Assembly (NCBI GenBank): GCA_009103225.1
Contig: RHPI01001132.1
Coordinates: forward strand, 62,001 to 126,000
DNA length: 64,000 bases
Origin: Chlorokybus atmophyticus
Taxonomy: Eukaryota; Plantae; Mesostigma and Chlorokybus algae
Direction of reading: 5' to 3'
In this document: piece after piece, positions 23,601-34,939 of the stretch
Position numbering within the stretch: position 1 is the stretch's first letter
How the letters are laid out: the number at the start of each line of letters is the position of its first letter
Program-made: the position numbers and the translations under genes
Notes under the pieces: model-generated
The model's database searches: none
What the model saw: only the letters and a program-made list of their open reading frames with translations
Told to the model about the DNA's origin: nothing

Positions 23601-26600
23601 ATGTCTGCACCACAGCCCGCTAAGCGTAGCAACATCACTCTCAAGGACAAGAAGCGCATATTAGAGTTGTATAATGAGTTGTGCGAGAACACCAACATTA
23701 GGCAAGCGGACTTCATTGCTATTGTCAAATCTAAGTTGAAATTGGGTATCAAACAAAGTGCATTGTCCAAGTTGCTGACCGGCCGTGATAAGATAGTTGA
23801 GACGCTAGCTCAGGGTGGTAATTTCGCTGCAAGTACCAAGCACATGCGGCTTGCAGCACATCCCAAGTTGGAGGATGCATTGTATGCATGGTTTGTACAA
23901 GCTCGGGCTCGCAATGCCACCATCACAGACGCGATATTGATAGAGAAGGGAAAGGACTTTGCTAGCAAGTTGAACATAGAGGACTTCAATGCATCACACG
24001 GGTGGGTGAATCGGTTCAAGAAGCGTCATGGCATCTCCGCTAAACCATTGCACGGGGAGGCCAACGATGCAGATGAAGAAGGGGTCGACATGGCCCAAGC
24101 TGACTTGCCAGAGATTCTTGAAGACTACGGCGCTACCAACACCTTCAACATGGATGAGAGCGGGGTGTTCTACCGAGCTTGTCCACGCCGCACATTGGTC
24201 ACTGCAAGTGAAGAAGCGACAGGGGGGAAGAGAGAGAAGGATAGGTTCACAATAGCATTGTGTGTGAATGCCGACAGCTCCGAGAAGTATCCCCTTTTGC
24301 TGATTGGTACGTCCAACGTCGCAAAATGTTTCCCCTGCCGGCCGATTGAATATTGGCAACGGCCGTGCACCAAACGATAGTTAATTAGACTGTCGTGGCT
24401 CAGTCCACCTATAATCTCGATACAGGGACCTGATATAACGGCCGTCACCATTAGTCGGCAGCCGTTTTAATAAAGGGACTGACCTAGATTGACAGGTACC
24501 TGTCAAATACCCATCAGTCAAGCAAAAGGGACTTGACCTAATTAACCGGTACCTAACAGTTAGGTACCGGCAACCGTACCTCAAGGGTGCCTAACTATCA
24601 GGTACCTTTGGGGTACCTTATGGTACTTTTAGGGTAACTGACGTTAATGTCCCCAGTACCTACCGGTACCTACCGGTACCGCTCAGTCATGTGCTGCATA
24701 CTGCATGCATGTGATTGTCGTCAACTGTGAGAGACGGCGAGTTATAAGCTTGACTGATGCACACACAAAAGTACCCATGGATCAAATTATAAACTGTTGC
24801 TACGCTACAATGTAAACTATGTTGAGCTATTACTATTACTACTACTACTACTACTCTATACTCTACCCTTATACTCAGCCACCTGCGCCGCCGCTCTTCC
24901 TCCGCCGCCGCCGCCTCGCCGCTCCTCCTCCGCTGGCCTGTTCGGCAAGGGCGCCAACACAATGGCATCATACATCATGACACATATAATCAAACTCACC
25001 TACCATGCCATTGCAATTGCCGCCGCCGCCGCCGCCACTACCGCCGCCGCCGCCGCACAACTGTCCTCGAACTTGAAGCCGTTGAGCGTTTGAACGCTGC
25101 TGCGTTTCAAACGCTCAACGGCTTCAAGTCAATGGTACGATCGTACCATAAAAATGGTACGATGGCGCCATTGTGCAATCACATAATGAGTACCATCTAG
25201 GGTACTTTGATGGAACTGTTGTACCATTGCAATGGTACTATTGTTCCCATGAGGGTGCCAAGTATACCCAACCGGACTGACAGGTACCCGCCGCCATCGC
25301 TCGTCCCTCTTAGGAGACTTCGTTGGGACTGAGTGGTCATTAGCTTACCAATGTAGGTTGGTCGCCGCCGCGGCTAATGTACGGCCGGCGGCCGGCCGCG
25401 GGTCAACTCTGACTCACCGGTATCGACCGTCGCCATTAGGGGCCTGAATGTACACTTAATTGTCATAATAGGTAGGTTGCCGTTACGGAAGCTGTATGAC
25501 CGGCGGTCGGCCGTCAACATATGTTGCTGTTACGTCACCACCGGTAGGCAACAATCCACTGTACTGTACGATAGGCGGTCGGTAATTGAGTATAGTCCAC
25601 AAAATGCACCGGCAGTCCATTTTAGTCCCTTAATGGCTCAACTCGTTGGGTCAGTTAGGGTCAGATATGGTCAGGCACCCGACAGTCCCTCAGTCTCTTG
25701 TCAGTCATCGTGTAAAATTTGCGATGAAAAGACCTAGGTCTTTTGGGAGCACATGGACTCCCATCCGCATCGGTGTGGAGTACGAGACCAACAAGAACGC
25801 TTGGATGAATGCAGAGGTAAGGTGTTTGATACTATTGCTAGTTGGCAAGTCCGTTGGTGCAAACTGCAAGTCCATATGTGTGATTGAAAGTTCGTGTGTA
25901 TGACTAGACGTTGTCTCATGCAGATCTTCAGTCGCTGGCTCTGCAACTTCGCTTTTCAGATGAAGCTGCAGAAGCGCAATGTGTTGTTGTTGCTCGACAA
26001 CTCTTCCACCCACGCCTGCAAGTACGGGGTCGCGGGCATGGAGAAAGGGTTTAAGACGCTGCAGGTGGACACTGTGAAGTGTCTGTTCCTGCCTCCCAAT
26101 ACAACCAGCAAGGTTCAACCTCTTGACGCAGGCATTATTGCTGCGTTCAAGGCCAGGTACGATGCTGCGTTACTCGGGTTACAAACTGAGTCCAAATTTA
26201 GAAAACTTGTAAAAACATTTGGGCTGGGGGGGGTTTCCCCCCCTAGACCCCCCTTGTTCGCCAGAGCTTGTAATGCTTTCTCACTTTGGTCGTGGCAGGT
26301 ACAAGCGCAAGCTTGTTGCGTACTTGCTGCAGCAGTATGATGCCGACCCAACAACCGACTTGCGCACGGTAAAGGTGCAGTTGAGGGAGGCAATCATATG
26401 GTGTCGCGAGGCGTACGCGGAGCTCACCGCAATCACCATCTCCAATTGCTGGAGGAAGAGCGGCATCACCCCCTCTGCTTGGCACGCGCCAACTCCTGAC
26501 ACTGACGCACGCGAGCAGGCTGTTGTACAGGAGATCGGGGACATCATGCAGCGTCTCCCCATTCCACGTGCGGAGATGCTCTCCCCAGCTGAGTTCGTTC

Positions 26601-27011
26601 ACGTTGATGACACCCTCCCAACCGAAGCCGGGCAGAGCGATGATGACATCCTTCAAAGCGTTGGAGGCGTTGAGGGGGCCACCGCTGAGCCTGATGAGGC
26701 TGACGGTGAGGGATCTCATTGCAGTACGTGTGCGTGTATCATATGATGTGCATGAGTGGGCACTTATAATGCCTTGTGTTGTAGATGATGATGAGGAGGA
26801 GGAATCACCCCCACGCATCACAGTGGCAGAGTGCATGAGGTTCTTAGATGGTGTGGAGGCCTTCATCGCCACCAATGACTGCCCCATCTCACAGCATCAT
26901 CAGCTCACCTTACGGCTGCTGCGCAACGCGGTCATGAAGCATCAACTGTTTGACGCTGGCCGTCAGACCACCATACAGGACTTTTTTTACTGCGGGTGCT
27001 TCTGGACATGA
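23601..27011 (+). pseudogene. Tigger transposase (CENP-B-type HTH + DDE_1), 3 introns, interrupted by the nested element
   Basis: HPKLEDALYAWF, FNASHGWVNRFKKRHGI, FNMDESGVFY, KDRFTIALCVNAD, NKNAWMNAE|IF, LLLLDNSSTH, FLPPNTTSKVQPLDAGII, ISNCWRKSGI. Segments 23601-24316 + 25729-25816 + 25924-26156 + 26299-26705 + 26785-27011 total 1671 nt, an open frame. Confidence 0.9.
24317..25726. mobile_element. Non-autonomous TIR element (1410 bp) nested in the Tigger transposase; apparent 2-bp AA target duplication
   Basis: Termini CGTCGCAAAATGTT... and ...AAAATTTGCGATG form an imperfect inverted repeat. Flanks are TCCAA and AAAAGACCT. Removal restores IGTS-KRPRSF. Seven GGTACC sites lie in 24495-24680. 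Confidence 0.85.
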
Positions 27012-27575
27012 TGCTAGCACCAGTAGCACTTGTGGCACAATCGATGAGCCAGTCGAGTTAGAGTAGCGTGCATACCATGCATGTACGAGTGCAGTGTGCA
27101 ATGCTTGTATTGGTGGTGATGGCCTTGCAGATGCATGCTGCTTGCTCTTGCAGACACACGCAAAGCAACATGCTCATGTACACATTCAAGCAGATTCATT
27201 ACATATTTTACGCATGCGTGTGCGCCATTATACATGCACATGAACACTTGTTGTATTATAACACTTCAAGCATGCATGCTGTCACACAACACCAGGTTAC
27301 ATTGTGTGTTCATTTGCTTGATGTACGTAAAACATGTATATGATCAGTATACTCACTATACTGATCATATACATGTGAAATGCACACACTTCGTTAATAG
27401 CATATTTATTCTTATAAACGCTCATGCGCTTTTCTGGCGGGACCCCCACTAAAAGAATATATATTCTCTTAACGTTAACAGAATATATATTCTCTGAAAC
27501 GTCAAAAGAATAACCCCGTTAGTGGCATAAAAAGCTCCAGGATAAACGTGATTCTTATAACGGGGGTAGACTGTA

Positions 27576-27815
27576 ATTTGGTCCCTGGTCCGATGGCCGG
27601 ACCAGACCTGGTCCTGACGCAACAAGTGTAATCGGCCGGACCTTAAGTGGTGCGTACCAAGGGACTATGATACCATTCACGTGAAATTCGGACCATGAAT
27701 GGTCCGACTGTCAATGAAAAACAGACCATGCAAGGTCCACCGATTTCAATTAGCAGGGGGAAATCCGGGTCTGAGGGTACGGACCATTCATGGTCCAAAA
27801 ACGTCAGGCGGTGTG
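27576..27815 (-). repeat. GGACC/GGTCC-rich dispersed repeat, copy 1 (terminus CACACCGCCTGACG)
   Basis: Aligns along about 230 bp, in inverted orientation, with 62977-63208. Confidence 0.8.
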
Positions 27816-28501
27816 ATTGGCCATATGGCGTGTGACGTGACCGGTTACTAAGCTAGTAGCCTATGTCATGATAAGAATTGCATATTATGTACAATCACAT
27901 ATTGTGATGATTATTACAACTCAATACAAAATGTTAACCGCATCGCGCATAGTATTAAACATGATAGTGACAAATATTGGATGAATTTGTGTGGTTGCAT
28001 TTTCATGGCATATGACAGACATGCTTGTGATTAGGGATAACGTATTGACTGTAAACTATCTGTAACATTCAGCGGAGTATACAATATGAGATTTCAACAT
28101 GATAACAACATTTCAACTGCGGCTCGTATGATATGAACATCACCAGCTGATGTAATTGCTTAAAATGGTTAATCTAAACCTAATTGCTTACTTATGTCAT
28201 TGGATGGATTTTTGTTTTAATTTAACGTACACAATACAATGTTTCTTTTTATTGTTCAGTCTCAGATTCTCTTGCAATAAGAGTTGTTCGCCATCACGGG
28301 TGGGGAGCCTTCCCCTTGATGATCCCCTTGATGAGGGAAGTGTTGCAAGGCAATGTGACTTTGCTGCTCAGACCTTACAACGAGGTACAGCCTCACGCGT
28401 CCATACACGTCTACATGTCGACGTCCAGATGTCTATGCAGATACGCATAACGTAAAATTAATAATTATATATTTTTTACTTACCGTAGTGGCCTGACAAG
28501 T

Positions 28502-28573
28502 GCCTGGTTAGCACAGTGGTAGTGCGTTCGCTTCGTAAGCGAAAGGTCCGGAGTTCGATCCTCCGACTAGGCT
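28502..28573 (+). tRNA. trnT: tRNA-Thr(CGU), intronless
   Basis: Acceptor stem GCCTGGT/ACTAGGC, D stem GCAC/GTGC, anticodon stem TTCGC-TT CGT AA-GCGAA, T arm CGGAG-TTCGATC-CTCCG. T run downstream; AT-rich TATA-like and CAA motifs upstream. Confidence 0.95.
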
Positions 28574-28773
28574 TCAGTTTTACTGTTGTTTATCTCTCGT
28601 TTATCGTGTGTTGTCCTCCCAACCACCATGCTGTCACGTGACTCACCAACGGCGGCATCCGTGTCGCTGGCGGTGTCGCTGGCGTCCTCCTTAACGCCAT
28701 CCTGCATGTTGTAACGGATCTTCACTCATGCGGCTGCTCGCCAGGTGGTAATTTCCCGCCCACCCCGTCCACC

Positions 28774-31700
28774 ATGCACAACGCCGTGATGGTCGTGGCC
28801 AGGCCGGCGGGAGGGGGACACGGACTGTGCAACAGGTGAGAGAGAGAGGGGTTGATATGGTAATGGGCTTCGCTGCTGTGGGGGTGTTTGAGATTGCGGC
28901 TTGGTGGGTGTGAAGAGATGTGGTACAGGTTTGTTGACATGTACACTTACTGTTGCTGACAACATGGACTTGTGGACTGGTGAGACTGATTGGTTGTGTT
29001 ACGAGTTGGTTACTTTGGCATACTCACGCCGCGTATGACTTTGATTAACTACCACGGAGGTGACTGTGGGCTTGCTTGTCAAACAACAAACCCCACATAC
29101 ACTTGTTGTAGTTGTGCAAATGCTACACTGTGTTGGCAGTTAGACACGCACAGCAGATGGTACTCTTGCATGCGTGCGCGCGTGCGCACACATGTGCGCT
29201 CATGTGTGAGTGTACAGGGGTGTGTTGGCGGTGCAAGTTGCGGTAGTCAGCACCGTCTTCTTCCTGCTGGGTGGCCTCCTGATCGTCCTCCTCCTCGATG
29301 CGGACATGACCTCCGCCTCCTCCTCCTCTTCCTCCACCTTCTCCCCCCACCTGCACCCCATGAACCTACAAGACCGAGAACTCAAAGCAGGCCTGGCCAC
29401 CAACTATGGTACATACACGGACACAGAGAGATACACGCATGCGTGAAACGTCACCCAATCAACATGTCGTGCTCAGACTTGAAGGAGGAGTTGGCACGGT
29501 TGTGCGCTGAGACGGCACGCGAGAGTGAGCAGGCAGCCGCGATAGCTACAGCCACACTACCGCAACAGGCAGCGGAACAAATAACATCTCCATCCGACTG
29601 TCAAGAGGTGGTGATCGTCATTCACACTATGTTATATACAGATAGTGTGGTGTAACATGTAGCTTGTGTCGTGCAGCAGCCCGAGCGTGATGCGGAAGAG
29701 ATGCGCAAGCTCAGCGACAAGAACGCTGAGCTCCACATGGACGTGGGTCTCGCTTTGCATGTTTGTTCAACACACTGCATGCAAGAGTCTCGATGCGCAA
29801 GCCCTCTGGTGTTGGCTCGCAGCTAACAAGAGCGATAGAGAAGCTTGCGGCCAATGAGCAGACGATCAAGCAGCTGGAAGCCACAGTAAGCGCGTTGACG
29901 TTTATCTGACCATGTACACCAACGTAATGTAAGCACGCATACACGTGCCATACACACTTCACAAGCATCGACATAGCCTTCTGCATACACTGTTGAGGTA
30001 TACTTGGATGAAACACACACGCACAGACGCGGGGACACATACATGCGTGCACTCACAATCACCTACACGTATACCCAACAGGCTGCATCTCAAGCCGCGC
30101 CTACATGCGCCCCTTGCGCGACAACATCAACCCCAACCCCAACAACAACCCCAACAACGCTGTCTGCCGCGGACGTGTCGGCGCTGCGTGCCGTGCTACG
30201 TGCGAGGCGTGTCGAGTACGACGCGCTGAGGGCCGAACTCGTGCGGCGGCGGAAGATCGAGGAGGAGCATCGGCCCATCATGGTCGAGGCAATCGTGGCT
30301 TATAGGTAGAGAGCGTAGTATGCGGGTGCGGGTGGCATCAAAGGCACATAGTTGGTGGTAATGTGTGCGCGTGTGCACACAGATATGTGTGCATGTGTAA
30401 GTGTACATATGGTGCACACGCGTAGCGTACACGCCCACGCACACGGCATGCGCGGACAGGCATGCATGTTTGCATATGCGTGTGCGTGTGCGTGTGCGTG
30501 TGCGTGTGCGTGTGCGTGTCAGTGCATGTGTGCGTGAGTGCGCTTGCTGACACGGCTCGAGTGTACAGGCCAATATGGGACAACATGACGCTCATCGACT
30601 GCCAGGCCAAAGAGCAGGGCAAGCGTCCCGAGGACATCGAGCCCAACCTCCCGCAGATGCGCGAAGCAGTAAGCGCATGCGTGGCAATGCCCGTACCAGC
30701 ACCATTTAGCTTTTGCAGTGCCGGGTGTGCTGATGCAAGGGTTGTGTTCAGGTGGACAAGCTGAGGCAAGTGGAGAACGAGCATAATCCCTTTGTATGGG
30801 ACCAGCGCCAGGCTTACCCACGGGTACGGAGAAACTTGCATCACGCACGCACGCGCGCGCGCGCACACACTCACACGCACGCGCACGCACACGCACACAT
30901 CCCTGCGCTCAGATTCAGCGGCGTCTCGCTGAGCTTCGCCAAGAGATCGCCTTTCTCGTGTCGCGTATCATGCCCTCGCGCACCACAAAGCTGCCGGCCA
31001 TGATTTCCGAGAGTCTCCTCGCCAACGGCGTCGGGAAGGTGTGTGCGAGTGAGCGTGTGTGTGAGTGAGAGTGGTGGGATGTGTGTTTGTGGGTTTGATG
31101 TGAAGTTGATGGTGTGTTGTGCAGGGAGGGGAGGAAGAGGAAAGCTTGTTGAGGGCGTCCAAGGCTGTGATCAGCGCGGATGACTTCCCGGGAGCACTCA
31201 ACATCTCGTTTCTTGTCGAGTACTACAAGTAGGCGTGCGTGCACAAGAGTGCGTGTGTGTGCGTGCGTGAATGCGTGCGCGAAACTTAGTGCAACCGTGT
31301 CAGGCATGGCGACAACATCAACAAAATTGTGGACAACATCTACAAGTGCTTCCAGCCCGCGAACAACCCTCTCAACCTCACCGGTGCGCACTCTACTCCT
31401 CCCCCACCCACCCACTGACACTCACCCCTTCACCTACCTGTTCACCCACTCACACTCACTCACCCTCTTTCTCAACTCTCCCATCCAGGCGAGCTCTTAG
31501 TGAACGTGGACAACCCCGACGAGGCCTCCTCCTGGGTTGCCGCCATGGCGCGCACGGGCGGGAAGGGCTTCCTCACGCCGGTGTTCTCGTCAAACCTGCA
31601 CGAGATCAGAGGGTACAACCGGTTGGGGAGGATCGCGAGGGGGGAAGTACTCGTGTTCATGCAGGTGGGGGGAGGAGGGGTGATGGTGGTGGGGTGGTGG

Positions 31701-32855
31701 TGGGGATGTGTTCTGATGTGGGGCGTTGCGGAGCAGGATGACAACTTTCCGCCGGATGATTGCCAGTGGATACAGAACCTGACGAAGCTGTATCAGGCGT
31801 GGCCGCGCATCGGCTGTGTTGGGCTTTCGGTGAGCGCGCACAGCATGCGTGCGTGTGTGTGACCACGTAAGCACCCCGGCTCAAATGCATTGTCATATGC
31901 ACAGATCGGGGTGTTTGCGGACAGCGAAAAGGGTCCGTTGTGGGCGCGGATGTACCCGACGGAGGGGCACTTCCACGACCCGCTCTCCGGTGTGGACCAC
32001 CAGTTTGTCTCCGTTGTCGACCTCGCGCCGCTCACTATGCGACGACAGGCCTTCTTTGACGTAAGCGTGTGTCTGAGATCCGCGTGCGTGCGTGCGTATT
32101 GGTTATTCAAGTATGACTGTTACGTGTGCAGGTTGGCATGTATGATGAGTTCTTCTCCCTACCTGGCGAGCCTGGAATCTTCCTAGATTTTGACTTGGCG
32201 GTGAGCAGCGAACAGTCATGTTTGGTCCCCCGCCCCTGTATGCCTTGCCGAGTGTGAGCGTGTGTTGACATGCATGCACACGGTAGCTGCGCACGTGGCT
32301 TGCGGGGTACTACGTCTCGCAGATGCGGCTACCCTATGGCTCGTTCCCGCCTGGCTTTGGAGCGGGTGGCACCCATTTTGGGAAGGGCCTATACAACAGG
32401 CAGATACAAGAGCACTTTAACAGGTACACGAGACATGGTCATGGTGACCCACGCACCCACGCCGGCTTGTACTCGCGCATACGTGCACACAAGTGGACAT
32501 GCACTCGCATCCATGTAAACCTACACACATGCGCACGCCCGTACATGTGCAAGCGCGTATGCATAGGCGCGCACACGTACACGAACATGCACTTGCACAC
32601 GCACACGCAACACGCGCGCACGCATGCACACGGTTGCACGCTGACCCACATGCATACAGTGCTGCGTACGGGATCCGCTATGAGATGGCTGAGAAGGACG
32701 CGATATACGAGGAGGTCAAGCGGTTGAATGTAAAGTACTTGACCCCAAGGGACCCGCAGAACCCGCGACCATGGGAAACCATGATGCGCATACAGGCCGA
32801 GCTGGTGCGCAAGGCGGAAGAGGAGCGCGCGCGAGGCAACGGGCTGCGTACGTAA
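28774..32855 (+). CDS. Type II membrane glycosyltransferase (GT-A/GT2-like) with a coiled-coil stem; about 16 exons
   Basis: N-terminal TM (VLAVQVAVVSTVFFLLGGLLIVLLL) and a coiled-coil stem. Then NLHEIRGYNRLGRIARGEVLVFMQDD, VDLAPLTMRRQAF, VGMYDEFFSLPGEPGIFLDFDLALRTWLAGY. Junctions checked in frame; first exon inferred. Confidence 0.75.
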
Positions 32856-33052
32856 GTGGTCATAGTCGCTAGCTTGTATACAATAGTATACTATAGTATG
32901 CACAACGAGCAGAGCAAAAGAGTAGGAGGCAATGTTGTATGTTTCACTGTTCAGAAATAAAGGTACACTATGCATGTGGTTGCATTCATGGCTATGACAC
33001 CATGTGATAATTGATTCCGCATGTCCTTGCCCAACAAAAACACACAAATGAA

Positions 33053-33053
<1 letters not shown>

Positions 33054-33091
<38 letters not shown>
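33054..33091. repeat. (TA)n microsatellite, with a (CA)n tract nearby at about 33246-33287
   Basis: Read directly from the sequence. Confidence 0.95.
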
Positions 33092-33101
<10 letters not shown>

Positions 33102-33244
33102 TATGCGTGCGTGCGTGCGTGCATGCGTGCGTGCGTGTGTACAAGCCAAGACCACTTGGCACACTTATGAGGATGTCTATGGCTTGCTTGCGATACAAGT
33201 GATTTATTTTCATTATTGCTATCAATGTTGACAAGTAATATGTC

Positions 33245-33289
<45 letters not shown>

Positions 33290-33704
33290 GCGCGTAGCTA
33301 CTCATATATCAGTCAAGTTATAGCTGATCATGAGCACCGATACCAAGTACATATGGCTAGCATAATGCAATGGTTAATACATTATGCATACGCACCATTG
33401 TTAAATGTTGTCACTGCAACTGCGTAATGCTTATGATGTGTCATATTAATTGTCATGCCAGCAAAAGTCCGCATGCTACTTTTCCCCTTATTCAACACAG
33501 AGTTCATGCATAAAGTATTAGCCAATCTACGACGCCGCACACTCGGCATGAGTCCAAATTGGTCTACATGTGACGCGGCGCCTTTACCACGAGGCTATAG
33601 CAACAAAAGTTGCTGCCATTGAAGCCACAAGTTTCAAATATACTCCATGGCGGATATGTTAAACCAAGCCTCAAATTAATATTTGTTGCTGCTAAGGAAC
33701 ATGC

Positions 33705-33857
33705 TCACCGTATTTGCTTGGATGATAGCCCCCCAATGATACATAAGCCCCCACCCCGTTTATGAACGAGGCTATATTCAGGGGAGGGGGGGGCTCTTGA
33801 ATAAGGGCTGTTACATAAGCCCCCCACTCATTTGTTACCAAAAGGGGCTTGCATTTT
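33705..33857. mobile_element. Possible end of a pogo/Tigger-like MITE, truncated by the gap
   Basis: Starts CCGTATTT and has repeated ATAAGCCCCC / GGGGCT motifs. The other terminus is not seen. Confidence 0.3.
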
Positions 33858-34058
33858 NNNNNNNNNNNNNNNNNNNNNNNNNNNNNNNNNNNNNNNNNNN
33901 NNNNNNNNNNNNNNNNNNNNNNNNNNNNNNNNNNNNNNNNNNNNNNNNNNNNNNNNNNNNNNNNNNNNNNNNNNNNNNNNNNNNNNNNNNNNNNNNNNNN
34001 NNNNNNNNNNNNNNNNNNNNNNNNNNNNNNNNNNNNNNNNNNNNNNNNNNNNNNNNNN
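33858..34058. other. Assembly gap (201 N)
   Basis: Run of N. Confidence 1.
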
Positions 34059-34939
34059 GGGGGGGGCGGAGGGAGGATTTCTATCCGCTGCAACAAGGTG
34101 CTGGTGACTTAGTTTTACCGGCTATGGGTGACAATTGCGTGAGAACCGCGATTACTTCGCCACTCGTGGCCCGATATTTCAATCAAGTAACAATTAATTG
34201 ATAAGACAAGTAAGCATATTGAAGCAAATGTTAGCTTGAATGGGCACACATACATTCAACATGATGGTGCCATAACTTATTTGAAACGGTTTGAAACGGG
34301 TTCATGCATGCTATATGCATTCGCATTTAGAAGTGGATTGTTGCATTTACGGGCTAGCAAGTGAGTACATGAAAGTGTGACATCAACTTGTGACAATTCA
34401 TGCATGCATGTGTGTTCGAGTGAGCATTTTTAAGAAGGGCCGAAGCATCCTCGCTTAAGTGTGCACGCATAGCTTATGCATTGTATGCCATACGTAATGT
34501 ACACTGCATATCACGTATGTCGCATGCAGCACATATGCCAACCTTATTACGCTGGGCAACGCAGGGACGCATGTACAGTTATTGATTATAAGAGCCACCG
34601 CGTATAAAGGGGAGGGGCGGAGGGGGAGGGGGGGGTAACACACATGCGGTGCTTGCAACTTAACATATGAGTGGTAAAAGTGCTTGTAATGTTGCTTTGT
34701 GAGGCATGGCAGGGCAATGCGTTGTGAGCGGTAAGCATATACATGGATGATGTAGGGATGGCTGAACAATAACCACATAAGGCATGACGACGTCTACCGT
34801 AAGAGCTCAAACTCGACAAAGACCTAAGTGTGATAGCATATATCATGACTTCACCTTATCTATTGTATCTCACATATTACCTTCCAAGCTTTCAACACAT
34901 AAGTGAACATGCATATGCGGTCGACGTATTTACCCTGCA

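Larger units (their letters stand above)
23097..27573 (+). mobile_element. Complete Tigger/pogo (Tc1-mariner superfamily) DNA transposon, 4477 bp including the nested insertion
   Basis: 23-bp TIRs CAGTCTACCCCCGTTAAAGGAAT (23097) and the reverse complement of 27551-27573, 21/23 identical. TA duplication at 23095-96 and 27574-75. Subterminal AGAATATATATTCTCT occurs twice. Encodes a transposase. Confidence 0.95.

Noticed and set aside
24307-25704. Idea that the nested element is spliced out via GTACGT (24307) and TGTCAG (25704), rescuing the transposase
   Set aside because: The donor is phase 1 and the acceptor needs phase 2. The product reads GTC ATC GTG TAA, a stop.
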